The notes beneath the pieces are model-generated. The model was not told the origin of the DNA. It did no database searches and worked only from the letters and a program-made list of their open reading frames with translations. Made by a program: the position numbers and the translations under genes. DNA of 64,000 bases from Nanobdellota archaeon (lineage in GTDB: Archaea > Nanobdellota > Nanobdellia > Pacearchaeales > GW2011-AR1), in the NCBI GenBank assembly GCA_038045825.1, contig JBBSXJ010000003.1:75437-139436 (forward strand), in the 5' to 3' direction. This document shows positions 16,223 to 25,743 of this stretch, in pieces; position 1 is the stretch's first letter; the number at the start of each line of letters is the position of its first letter.

Positions 16223-16407
16223 GTAAAGTAAAATCAGCATGGGAATGTCAATGTGGGGCAATTGCTTATGGTAAATTACCTCCTGCTGAATGTAAAAGAT
16301 GCGGGGAAGAAGGCTCATATGCAGAAGCTGATGAAGATGATTTAGATGAATTAGCTGGAGAAAACTTAATGGAAGAAATAAGATCTAAAGATTGGGGGGA
16401 AGAATAA
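16219..16407 (+). CDS. zinc-ribbon protein with acidic C-terminal tail, embedded between uL30 and uL15
   Basis: 62 aa; C-x-C...C-x2-C (WECQCG...ECKRCG) followed by a D/E-rich tail. ATGA overlap with uL30 and TAATG overlap with uL15. Confidence 0.6.
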   Translation: MSKVKSAWECQCGAIAYGKLPPAECKRCGEEGSYAEADEDDLDELAGENLMEEIRSKDWGEE

Positions 16408-16802
16408 TGAAATACAAGAAAAGAAAAAAATCAGGAAGATTCAGAGGATCGCATACTCACGGTAGAGGTGGAAAAAAGAAAGCTAGAGGTAGTGGTCATA
16501 GAGGAGGATTTGGTATGGCTGGAACTGGTAAGAGAGGAGACCAAAAGAAAACTCAAATCTTAAAGCTAGGAATGGAAACTTACTTTGGCAAGAGAAAGAC
16601 AAATATGAGATTTGGTAAGCAGAAATTACAGACTCTTAACCTTGAAAGAATTTCAGATGTTAAAGATGGAGCAGACTTTTCAGATTACAAAGTTGTAGGC
16701 ACATTAAATAGAAACATCAAATTGAATATTACTGCAGGAGCTGCTAGTCCTGGAGCAATTAAGTCGGTTGAAAAACACGGCGGAAAAATCACAATAAAGT
16801 GA
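16407..16802 (+). CDS. rpl15: 50S ribosomal protein uL15
   Basis: GRFRGSHTHGRGGKKKARGSGHRGGFGMAGTGKR signature; start moved to ATG 16407. Confidence 0.9.
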   Translation: MKYKKRKKSGRFRGSHTHGRGGKKKARGSGHRGGFGMAGTGKRGDQKKTQILKLGMETYFGKRKTNMRFGKQKLQTLNLERISDVKDGADFSDYKVVGTLNRNIKLNITAGAASPGAIKSVEKHGGKITIK

Positions 16803-16805
16803 TTT

Positions 16806-17630
16806 TTAGATATCTTTTATTTTCTTAATATCTTTACCATCGAATAATATTTTATCAGAATATTTTTCTTTTAGAATAGATCTAAGTTTATGTTCAAGTT
16901 TACCATAAATGAAGAATCCTAAAAAATAAGGATTTTTTAGGATATTATTCTCTCTTTTACCAATCATTTCAGGAGCCTTCTCTTCTAAATAACAATCAAT
17001 TGCATCTTTTTCCGATGAGGGAAACTTCAAAAGATGTTTTTTACCAGTATCTTTTATTATCTTTATTAGTTCTTTTTTATTTTTGTAAGAATCTATATAC
17101 TCAAACAATTCTTTCTCTATTTTCCAAAAATCTAGTATCTTTCTTACTTTCCCGTTGTATGGTTCAGTTAAATATCTATTAATCACTTCTTTAGTTACAT
17201 TGTTAGTATTTGAGAACTTCTCAAAGTATTTGAAATCGTTTTCATACCAATAATTAACTATAGCTCTAGCTGCCTGAAAGTTTACAGAATTATTGTAGTA
17301 AACTAATATTTTAAGAAATTTAATATCAAAAATTAAATTATATTTCCATTTGTAAGAACTGTAATAAACAAATCCTAAACTGTAGTAAATGCAATTATCT
17401 ATTCCAAGAAACCTTTCTATGTATGGAGTTTTTTTAGGAGAAGTGTGAGTCCTTGGGATTTTCAACTTACCATCTTCTAGAATCTTATTGAAAACATTTT
17501 CATGATGCACCGAATGAACAATTATGGGATGCTTATGATATTTGAGAAATTTTAAGGATAGACTTTTTCTCTCTTTCATCTGCCTCTTGATAGAAGCTAC
17601 TTGCTTTTTGAAATGTTTTGCAACTGTCAT
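16806..17630 (-). CDS. hypothetical protein (orphan) interrupting uL15-SecY adjacency
   Basis: 274-aa Lys/Tyr/Asn-rich ORF on the opposite strand; no family recognised. Confidence 0.5.
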   Translation of the reverse strand: MTVAKHFKKQVASIKRQMKERKSLSLKFLKYHKHPIIVHSVHHENVFNKILEDGKLKIPRTHTSPKKTPYIERFLGIDNCIYYSLGFVYYSSYKWKYNLIFDIKFLKILVYYNNSVNFQAARAIVNYWYENDFKYFEKFSNTNNVTKEVINRYLTEPYNGKVRKILDFWKIEKELFEYIDSYKNKKELIKIIKDTGKKHLLKFPSSEKDAIDCYLEEKAPEMIGKRENNILKNPYFLGFFIYGKLEHKLRSILKEKYSDKILFDGKDIKKIKDI

Positions 17631-17631
17631 T

Positions 17632-18129
17632 TTAGATAAAGTTCTTTACAAGACTGCCAAACAAGAAGCTAATTACTGAAACACCTAGAGTTATTGTTAG
17701 CATGCTGAAGAACTTTGATTTAAAACTGATATTTTGTCGTTTGGAAACGTAACCTGTGTAACATGCAATTATTAATATTACTAATGCAAACATAACTGCT
17801 GTTGCATGAATGATATTTTGGAAGATAAAGTATGGGGCTACTAATGCTATGACTGCTATTAGATATGCAAGACCTGTATGTGTTGCTGCTTTTCCCGGTT
17901 GTTTTTGATTGTCTTCTTTTGCTGAAAGATATTCAGAAGCAGCCATGGACATTGCTGCTGCAAAACCAGTTATTAGACCAACAGTAGCAATAACTTGGGT
18001 TTCCATCAAAGCAAAGCTTAAACCGACAAGAGCACCTGATAATTCAACTAATGCGTCATTAAGACCAAGAACAATTGCACTGTTATAATTGCATTTGTCT
18101 TCATTAATAATAACTTGCTTCTTTTTCAT
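17632..18129 (-). CDS. VIT1/CCC1-family membrane domain protein (putative Fe/Mn transporter)
   Basis: NDALVELSGALVGLSFA and MAASEYLSAKED motifs, 5 TM segments, no N-terminal ferritin-like domain. Confidence 0.6.
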   Translation of the reverse strand: MKKKQVIINEDKCNYNSAIVLGLNDALVELSGALVGLSFALMETQVIATVGLITGFAAAMSMAASEYLSAKEDNQKQPGKAATHTGLAYLIAVIALVAPYFIFQNIIHATAVMFALVILIIACYTGYVSKRQNISFKSKFFSMLTITLGVSVISFLFGSLVKNFI

Positions 18130-18182
18130 AATACTCTCAAACAGTCAATCTTTAAAAAACAATGGGATTGTTTTTAGGATGA

Positions 18183-18213
18183 TTCAAGTTTAAAGGTTTT
18201 AGAGAAACTTGAA
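18183..18213. promoter_or_regulatory. 9-bp perfect inverted repeat TTCAAGTTT / AAACTTGAA in the VIT-SecY divergent intergenic region
   Basis: Read directly; flanked by TTTAAA TATA-like boxes. Confidence 0.25.
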
Positions 18214-18245
18214 CATTTAAAAACCTGTATTTTATGATATAGAAT

Positions 18246-19634
18246 ATGGTGCTTAAAGAGATTATTCAGTTTTTACCTGAAGTAAAAAAACCTGTTGAAA
18301 AAAAGACTTCTTTCAATAGCAAATTGAAATGGACTCTTGTTGTCCTGGGATTCTTTTTTGTTATGTATAACATTAAACTATATGGATTATCGAGAAACGC
18401 TCTCGAAAGATTTGATTTTCTTTCTACAATATTAGGAACTGATTTTGGAGCAATAATTAGTTTGGGTATTGGTCCTATTGTAACATCATCCATTATATTA
18501 CAGTTATTAGTTGGAAGCGGAATAATAAGTTTGAATACAAAGACTGAAGAAGGAAAGAGAATGTTTCAAGGAATACAGAAACTTGGAACTCTGTTCTTTA
18601 TAATATTTGAAGCATGTATCTTCGTATTGATGAAGGGTCTTGAAGCAGTCCCTGGATTTGAATCAATTGTAATATTCCAGTTAGTTCTCGGAGGACTTGC
18701 AATAATGTTCATGGATGAAGTTGTTGCTAAGTGGGGATTTGGTTCTGGAGTTTCATTATTTATTGTTGCAGGAGTAGCATTACAGTTATTCATAGGATTG
18801 TTCCAATTCATTGGGTCTGATGGAAGCAATTGTCTTGCAAACTTCGGAGAGACTCCTTGTTCAGGAAGAGTTTTAGTAATTATTCAGTCAATTATTAATG
18901 GTGACGCTACAGGGGCGTTGCTTTCCGCTGCTGTTATTGCCGTCACTGCATTGATATTTTTAGGAGTTGTTTTTGCTCAAAGCTTGAAAGTTGAGATTCC
19001 TTTGAGCTATGATAGATTAAGGGGGTATGGAGTTAAATGGCCTTTGCAATTCTTTTACGCTTCAACTCTTCCAGTAATTTTAGTTGCTGCATTGTCTGCG
19101 AATTTACAATTATTTGGAAGTTTATTTGAATCATGGTTGGGACATCCAACATTCTTGGGAGGATTTCAAAACGGACAACCTATTTCCGGTTTAGCTTTCT
19201 GGATTGGGGCACCTAACCTACTTCAGGCCATTTTAACTGGTAGTTTACTTACTTCTCAAATATTCCAAGCTATATTCCATGTATTGTTTTATCTAATATT
19301 TTCAGTAATATTCTCTATATTCTGGGTAAAGACTACTGGAATGGATCCGGCTGGACAAGCAAAGAATATAGCTAGTAGCGGACTGCAAGTTGCAGGATTT
19401 AGAAAAGATCCTAGGATAATTGAAAGCATTTTATCAAGATATATTTTCCCTCTTACTGTAATGGGTGGTTTTGCAATAGGGCTTCTTGCTTCTTTTGCAG
19501 ACTTATTAGGAGCTTTGACTAGTGGAGTTTCTATATTACTAGCTGTAATGATATTGTACCAATTGTACCAAAACATAGCACAACAACACTCATTAGATAT
19601 GCATCCTGCAATGCGTAAGATGATGGGTGGTTAA
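18246..19634 (+). CDS. secY: preprotein translocase subunit SecY
   Basis: 462 aa, 10 TM, LGIGPIVTSSIILQLL signature; canonical position after uL15. Confidence 0.95.
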   Translation: MVLKEIIQFLPEVKKPVEKKTSFNSKLKWTLVVLGFFFVMYNIKLYGLSRNALERFDFLSTILGTDFGAIISLGIGPIVTSSIILQLLVGSGIISLNTKTEEGKRMFQGIQKLGTLFFIIFEACIFVLMKGLEAVPGFESIVIFQLVLGGLAIMFMDEVVAKWGFGSGVSLFIVAGVALQLFIGLFQFIGSDGSNCLANFGETPCSGRVLVIIQSIINGDATGALLSAAVIAVTALIFLGVVFAQSLKVEIPLSYDRLRGYGVKWPLQFFYASTLPVILVAALSANLQLFGSLFESWLGHPTFLGGFQNGQPISGLAFWIGAPNLLQAILTGSLLTSQIFQAIFHVLFYLIFSVIFSIFWVKTTGMDPAGQAKNIASSGLQVAGFRKDPRIIESILSRYIFPLTVMGGFAIGLLASFADLLGALTSGVSILLAVMILYQLYQNIAQQHSLDMHPAMRKMMGG

Positions 19635-19637
19635 AAT

Positions 19638-20162
19638 ATGAAAGGTATGGGAATAATATTTTTGGTGATGATTGCTTCTTTAGCTGCAGCTACTCTTTGG
19701 GATAAAGTTCCAATAATAGGGGAAAGTGTTCATATTGCATTTGATCCTTCTCTTGGAAAAATGCTTGATTGGAATGTTACTATTGGTTTGATAATAATAA
19801 CTGCTGTTTTGAATTTGATCACTACTTTGATCCATAAGAAAGTAACTGATCAGGATATGTTGAAGACAATAAAGGAAGAACAAAAACTAGTGAATGAGGA
19901 AATGAAACTTTACAAAGATAATCCTGGTAAGACAATGGAATTGTCTAAGAAATCTATGGAGCTTGCATTCAAGACTTTTCCTATAACAATGAGACCTGTT
20001 GTTTATACTGCTATTCCATTCATATTACTTATTAGGTGGTTTGGAGATTATTTTAAAACAAATCCTGTTAAGATATTAGGATTTATGTCTGGATTCTGGG
20101 CATATATTGTATTCTTCGTTGTATTCTCTATAATCTGGAGAAAAATACTGAAAGTTCATTAA
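19638..20162 (+). CDS. DUF106 / EMC3-TMCO1-like membrane protein (archaeal YidC/Oxa1-like insertase)
   Basis: 174 aa; TM, then a coiled charged hairpin (KEEQKLVNEEMKLYKDNPGK...), then 2 TM; position downstream of secY is typical. Confidence 0.6.
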   Translation: MKGMGIIFLVMIASLAAATLWDKVPIIGESVHIAFDPSLGKMLDWNVTIGLIIITAVLNLITTLIHKKVTDQDMLKTIKEEQKLVNEEMKLYKDNPGKTMELSKKSMELAFKTFPITMRPVVYTAIPFILLIRWFGDYFKTNPVKILGFMSGFWAYIVFFVVFSIIWRKILKVH

Positions 20163-20198
20163 CGCAAGATTTTTATAGCATTCTTTAAGAGTTGGATA

Positions 20199-20567
20199 AT
20201 GAATAATGAAAATATAGAGATATTGAACGGCTTAAATGCTAGATATGAAATGCTTACTGAACAGCTTAAACTTGTTGAACAACAAATATCTGAATTGACT
20301 CTTTTTGGAGAGGAACTTGATGTAATAAAAGAAAATAAAAATGCAGAGATTCTTGCTCCAATAGGAAAGTCAGTTTATGCCTCTGTTATAGTAAACACAA
20401 GCAAAAAACTACTTGTTGAAATAGGGGCTGGATACATGGTTAACAAAGACATTAAAGAAACGAAGGAAGTAATAATTGAACAGAAGCATAGACTTGAATC
20501 TTTCAAGATACAAATATTATCTGAATTGGATAATCTGACTAATGAATTGCAGAGCCTTATAGTTTAA
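20199..20567 (+). CDS. pfdA: prefoldin subunit alpha
   Basis: Coiled coil, two beta hairpins (ILAPIGKSVYASVIV...LLVEIGAGYMV), coiled coil. Confidence 0.7.
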   Translation: MNNENIEILNGLNARYEMLTEQLKLVEQQISELTLFGEELDVIKENKNAEILAPIGKSVYASVIVNTSKKLLVEIGAGYMVNKDIKETKEVIIEQKHRLESFKIQILSELDNLTNELQSLIV

Positions 20568-20588
20568 AAGTTTTAATTAAAACTTTTA
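20565..20588. terminator. 24-nt perfect palindrome TAAAAGTTTTAATTAAAACTTTTA between convergent genes
   Basis: Read directly; includes the pfdA stop codon. Possible bidirectional terminator; AT-only stem, so weak. Confidence 0.3.
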
Positions 20589-20627
20589 GAATCCAAAAAT
20601 TTAAGAAAGACTCAAAAATTTTTTGAC

Positions 20628-21431
20628 TTAATAGTTTTTCATTGCTTTTTTGGCTTGCTTTACAAATTCTTTGTGCGTTAATATTCCCAATTCAGAGATT
20701 ACATAAGTTATTTGGTTTTTTGGAATAATCTCAAATGCTGGATTTTCTATGTTTACTTTTTTAGGAGATCTTAGCCATATCTCTTTCCAAGATCTTTTTT
20801 CTATAATGACTTTTTTTGATGAGAATTTCCATGAATCAGTAACAATGTAAAGGGGTTTTTTTAAATCGCTGGCTATTTTTGCTATTAATCCAGATCCTAT
20901 TTTGTTGATAACTCCTTTCTTTGTAACCGCATCTGCACCAATCATAATTATATCTGATTTTTTTATGTCTTCAAGCAATGCTGAGTCTACAGACATTGAA
21001 ACCTTTATTCCTGCTTTTGAAATTTGTTTTGAAGTTAAATGACCTTGATACAAAGGCCTTGTTTCTGTGTTTATTACAGAAAATCTTTTTTTATTTTTAT
21101 GAGCTTCAATCAATGCTTGAACAAGAGTGTTTGAATGGCAATGGGTGAATATTACCTGATTATTTTTTATTGTCTTTTGTAAATAATGATTTATAAATTC
21201 TTGAGCGTTTTCGAAATGATTCAAAACGTTTTCAACTGAGGACTTTCCAATTATATTTAGTGCATTAAATAGCATTGGTTCTGTTGGTCTCAATTTTGAT
21301 AAAATTTTTATTGAATTTTTATTTGGGCGGATGCAATAAGCTTGTATTCCTGCTTTTGCAACATTGGTAGCTCCTTGAATTTTTATTGATTTTATATCAT
21401 TGCAAATCTTTTCAAATCTATCCATTAACAT
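20628..21431 (-). CDS. eIF-2B alpha/beta/delta family protein, ribose-1,5-bisphosphate isomerase-like
   Basis: IQGATNVAKAG, RPTEPMLFNAL, THCHSNTL...INTETRPLYQGH...SVDSA and GADAV...GVINKIGS blocks align by eye with Thermococcus R15P isomerase. At 267 aa it is shorter than typical. Confidence 0.75.
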   Translation of the reverse strand: MLMDRFEKICNDIKSIKIQGATNVAKAGIQAYCIRPNKNSIKILSKLRPTEPMLFNALNIIGKSSVENVLNHFENAQEFINHYLQKTIKNNQVIFTHCHSNTLVQALIEAHKNKKRFSVINTETRPLYQGHLTSKQISKAGIKVSMSVDSALLEDIKKSDIIMIGADAVTKKGVINKIGSGLIAKIASDLKKPLYIVTDSWKFSSKKVIIEKRSWKEIWLRSPKKVNIENPAFEIIPKNQITYVISELGILTHKEFVKQAKKAMKNY

Positions 21432-21484
21432 ATACAGACAACATATATAAAAAGGTAGTTGATTTTTTCATTTTGTGATGAATT

Positions 21485-22348
21485 ATGTTTGAGATGTTGA
21501 TTAATCCAGCAAAGGCTGAGAGAAAACCATGGGAGATGTTTTTTGTTGGAGCATTTTACGCTAGCATATCAATTCTGCTTGTTGAATGGATATTCAAGAA
21601 CGATCCTGTTTTGAGTCAGACTGGAGGTATATTGGTTGTTACTTTCACAGTGATGTTTTCAATACCGTTCATGTTCTATATGTTTAGAATTGAAGAAACG
21701 AGATCATCTCAAGATGGGTCTAGCGCATTCCAAATGCTTAAAGATCATAGAAAAGCAATATGGGCATTTATGTGGTTGTTTGTTGGATTTGTTATAGGAT
21801 TCTCATTTTGGTACATACTTTTACCAACTACTGGAACTCTAGAACAGCAATTAGATACTTTCTGTAATATAAATAGACCTGGTGATGAGAATTGTAAAAA
21901 TACTGTTTTGGTTAGAGATCCAAACACAAGCCCTACAGCATTTGCTACAAATAAAGAAAGAATGTTTTTGATTTTTGCAAATAATACTTATGTTTTGATA
22001 TTTACCCTTATTTTCTCTCTTCTCTTTGGAGCGGGGGTTGTTTTCATACTTGCTTGGAATGCGAGCGTAATAGCTGCGGCTATAGCAATATTCACTCGAT
22101 CTGATTTGAGTTATCTACCAGTTGCAATGTTGAGGTATTTTGTACATGGATTACCTGAAATAGGAGCTTATTTTGTAGCTGCTTTAGCTGGAGGAATGAT
22201 TTCTTTTGCAGTAATAAGAAGAGAAATAGGAACAGAAAAATTCTGGAAAGTCTTACAGGATTCTCTTAACTTGATAATATTGGCAATAATAGTTCTGTTT
22301 TTGGCTGCTCTTCTTGAGGTATTTATTACACCTTTATTATTTGCTTGA
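21485..22348 (+). CDS. SpoIIM-like (DUF95) membrane protein
   Basis: FVHGLPEIGAYFVAALAGG motif, 6 TM. Confidence 0.6.
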   Translation: MFEMLINPAKAERKPWEMFFVGAFYASISILLVEWIFKNDPVLSQTGGILVVTFTVMFSIPFMFYMFRIEETRSSQDGSSAFQMLKDHRKAIWAFMWLFVGFVIGFSFWYILLPTTGTLEQQLDTFCNINRPGDENCKNTVLVRDPNTSPTAFATNKERMFLIFANNTYVLIFTLIFSLLFGAGVVFILAWNASVIAAAIAIFTRSDLSYLPVAMLRYFVHGLPEIGAYFVAALAGGMISFAVIRREIGTEKFWKVLQDSLNLIILAIIVLFLAALLEVFITPLLFA

Positions 22349-22387
22349 TAAATAAACATTTTTAAATCTTAATTTTAATAAATTATT

Positions 22388-22972
22388 ATGAGAGTAATTA
22401 TTCTGAGACATGGAGAGACTTTAGCAAACGCAACCAATATCATTGAAGGGCATAAACCTGGGAAATTATCTAAGAAGGGAATTGAGCAAGCAAAAAAAGT
22501 TGCTTTAAGATTGAAAAATGAGAGAATAGATTTAATATTATGCAGTGACCTTACAAGAGCTCTTGAAACGGCAAAACAAATAAGAAGCCATCATTTGCAA
22601 ACTCCTTTTCTTATTACTAAAAAATTGAGAGAAACTTACTTTGGTCGATGGGAAGGTAAGAGTAGAGAATATGCTGGTTTTAAAGATGGATATAAACCCC
22701 CATTGCCTGCAGATGCTGAAACTAGAGAAGAATCTTATAATAGAGCTAAAAAATTTTTAGAAGAAACAAGCCAAAAATTCCTAAATAAAACTGTATTAAT
22801 AGTAACACATAATGCTTTCTATAAATCAATCGTAGCAGTAATAACTGGAAAAACTCATGAAGAAATAGGAAACATGGAAACATATCATAACACAGGGTTA
22901 AGTATATTTACCTTGTCAGATAATAAATCATGGTACAATATTTTGCATAATTGTAGGAAACATTTAGATTGA
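22388..22972 (+). CDS. histidine phosphatase family protein (phosphoglycerate-mutase-like)
   Basis: N-terminal RHGET catalytic motif (ILRHGETLAN) and a later THNAF His. Confidence 0.8.
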   Translation: MRVIILRHGETLANATNIIEGHKPGKLSKKGIEQAKKVALRLKNERIDLILCSDLTRALETAKQIRSHHLQTPFLITKKLRETYFGRWEGKSREYAGFKDGYKPPLPADAETREESYNRAKKFLEETSQKFLNKTVLIVTHNAFYKSIVAVITGKTHEEIGNMETYHNTGLSIFTLSDNKSWYNILHNCRKHLD

Positions 22973-23031
22973 TTTAGTAAAGTTTAAGATTATTCAATAA
23001 CCTTTAAATAATGGTTTTTACCTTTTAGTTT

Positions 23032-25743
23032 ATGCAAGATTTAAAAGTTGAAGAAATTATAACAAAGCGTGCAGAAAATCTTTTTAATTTCGCTAAAAAT
23101 AAATCAAAATGGCTAATTTATGCTTGTCTAGTTGTTGTAATTTATTTAGCAGTTTGGATAAGAACTAGAAACCTGCCAGGTTTAAGAGATGTCACAACAG
23201 GTGGCTGGACATTAGGTCCTGATTTGGACCCTTTTCTTTTTTTGAGATATGCTAAATATATAGTTGAAAATGGAAGTTTGTTTGCAATAGACCATATGAG
23301 ATACGTCCCTTTGGGCATTGGAACTGGAGACTTTCCCCTTCATTACTATTCGATTGCATGGTTCCACAAGATTGCAGGAATATTTGGAAGTGGTTCTGTG
23401 GAACAATCAGCAGTTATATTTCCAGTATTCATGTTTGCTTTAACAACTATTGCTTTCTTCTTAATGTCTAGAAAAGTACTTAAAGTTTATTTTGATAGGA
23501 ATTATGCTAGTATTGGTGCATTAATCTCGACATTATTTTTTAGTTTACTCCCTATATTTATTCCTCGAACTATAGCTGGAATTCCTGAGAAAGAGGCGTC
23601 TGCTTTCTTCTTTATGTTTTTGGCATTTTATTTCTTAATGGAAGCTTGGGATAAAAACTCAAATTCTAAGAGGATAATCTTTGGGTTATTGGCTGGAATA
23701 TCTACTGGTCTTATGGCTCTGATATGGGGGGCTTATGCCTATATTTTCTTTATGATCATTCCTGCTGTATTTGTTGCTTTCCTTTTCAACAACTTTGGAA
23801 AAGAGCAAATTATTAGTTATTCTGCTTGGATTACTTCTGCAATAATCATTATGATTTATTTTTCAGATAGATATGAACTTAATACAATATTTACCTCTTT
23901 AGATAGGGGTCTCAGCATTGCTATTTTGTTTGCAGTTTGCATTTACCAATTTTGGTATAGTCCTAAAATTGAAAAAAAGATTTCAAATATCCCTTATTTA
24001 AACAGGCTGCCTCCAAAAATTGTATGGGCTTTAATATTTTTAGCCATTTTATTTTTATTAGCTTTTATAATAATTGGACCTAAATTTGTTATCGGAAGGT
24101 TGGACAATATATACACAAGTTTTGTCAAACCAGCACCGTCAAGACTTATTCAGACTGTTGCTGAAAACAGACAGCCTTATTTGACTGAGTGGATGGGCAA
24201 CTTCGGACCTGGTATAAAGAATATATTTGTTTCATTCTGGCTTTTCCTTATAGGATCTGTCGTTATGTTTTGGAAATCATTTTCCAAGATAGGAAGAAAA
24301 GATAGAGCTATTCTAACAACGTCCTTTGGGTTAATGATATTTTTAGTAATATTTACAAGATATTCTCCTAACTCTATATTTAATGGGCAGAGTTTTATTA
24401 GCCTGTTATTTTATGGTGGGGGAATTTTAGCGTTCCTAATATCTTTCATTGGTATTTATTCAAAATATAGCAAAAACAATGAATTGCATAAATTTGATTC
24501 TCTTAAGATTGAGGCATTGATATTCTTCTCTTTCTTATTTATGTCATTAATTTCTGCAAGAGGTTTCATAAGACTTGTAATGATTGTTGTAATTCCTATG
24601 TCAATTTCTATGGGATATTTAGGGGCAAGTTCATTATATACATTAAGAGAGAAATTTAGAGATAAGGAAAAATATGTAAGTATAATTATTGCAGTTTTAG
24701 TAATATTACTTCTAATATTTGCGGGCTATAACTTTTTCTTAGATAGCAGAGCTATGGCATCAAGCTACGTTCCTTCAGCGTATACACAACAATGGCAAAA
24801 AGCTATGGGTTGGGTTAGAGATAATACTCACACTAGTGCAGTATTTGGACATTGGTGGGATTATGGTTACTGGGTTCAAACTATGGGTGAAAGAGCTACC
24901 GCGTTAGATGGTGGAAACAGCATAGCTTATTGGAATCACTTAATGGGAAGATACGCTTTAACTGAAACTAACTTTGAGAAGACAATTGCATTTCTTTATG
25001 CCCATAATGTTAGCCATTTCTTAATTGATTCGACAGATATTGGAAAATATTCAGCATTCTCCACAATAGGATCTGATGAAACATATGATAGGAGAAGTTG
25101 GATACCTACACTTCTTAGAGATAATTCTCAGACTACTGAAAAAAAGAGCACTACTTTATTTGTTTATCCTGGAGGTACTGCGCTCGACCAAGACATAAGA
25201 TATGTAATGAATGGAACCGAGTTATTCTTCCCTGAAGGAAGAGCGTATGTTGCTGCTATAGTAATATCTGTAAATAATGATAATAATCAAATATCTGAGG
25301 TTTATGGAGTCTACTATTTGAATGAGAAAACATACCAGATACCTATAAGATATTATATTGAAAGTGGAGAGAATATTGTTGATACAGGAAAGGGTATTGA
25401 TGCTGGAGTTTTCATATATCCGAGAGTAGTTCAGAATTCAGCTGGTGGAGGGGATGTTGAGCCTAGAGGGGCAGTTCTTTACCTTAGTTCAAAAATTGTA
25501 CATAATAATTTGGCTAAATATTATCTTTTTGGAGAAGAAAATGATAACTTCAAGGTTGTTCATTCCGAATCTGATGCGATAGTTAGTATATTAACATCTC
25601 AAGGAATAAGTGTTGGAGATTTTGTATATTTTAATGAATTTAGAGGACCTATTAAGATATGGGAAATCAAATATCCTAGGAATATGGAAGTTGACCAATT
25701 CTATCTTGAAACTGAATATCCTGACTCAATCAGATTAGCATGA
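23032..25743 (+). CDS. aglB: archaeal oligosaccharyltransferase AglB (STT3 family)
   Basis: 903 aa, 13-TM N-terminal half, WWDYG motif encoded at 24853-24867. Confidence 0.9.
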   Translation: MQDLKVEEIITKRAENLFNFAKNKSKWLIYACLVVVIYLAVWIRTRNLPGLRDVTTGGWTLGPDLDPFLFLRYAKYIVENGSLFAIDHMRYVPLGIGTGDFPLHYYSIAWFHKIAGIFGSGSVEQSAVIFPVFMFALTTIAFFLMSRKVLKVYFDRNYASIGALISTLFFSLLPIFIPRTIAGIPEKEASAFFFMFLAFYFLMEAWDKNSNSKRIIFGLLAGISTGLMALIWGAYAYIFFMIIPAVFVAFLFNNFGKEQIISYSAWITSAIIIMIYFSDRYELNTIFTSLDRGLSIAILFAVCIYQFWYSPKIEKKISNIPYLNRLPPKIVWALIFLAILFLLAFIIIGPKFVIGRLDNIYTSFVKPAPSRLIQTVAENRQPYLTEWMGNFGPGIKNIFVSFWLFLIGSVVMFWKSFSKIGRKDRAILTTSFGLMIFLVIFTRYSPNSIFNGQSFISLLFYGGGILAFLISFIGIYSKYSKNNELHKFDSLKIEALIFFSFLFMSLISARGFIRLVMIVVIPMSISMGYLGASSLYTLREKFRDKEKYVSIIIAVLVILLLIFAGYNFFLDSRAMASSYVPSAYTQQWQKAMGWVRDNTHTSAVFGHWWDYGYWVQTMGERATALDGGNSIAYWNHLMGRYALTETNFEKTIAFLYAHNVSHFLIDSTDIGKYSAFSTIGSDETYDRRSWIPTLLRDNSQTTEKKSTTLFVYPGGTALDQDIRYVMNGTELFFPEGRAYVAAIVISVNNDNNQISEVYGVYYLNEKTYQIPIRYYIESGENIVDTGKGIDAGVFIYPRVVQNSAGGGDVEPRGAVLYLSSKIVHNNLAKYYLFGEENDNFKVVHSESDAIVSILTSQGISVGDFVYFNEFRGPIKIWEIKYPRNMEVDQFYLETEYPDSIRLA

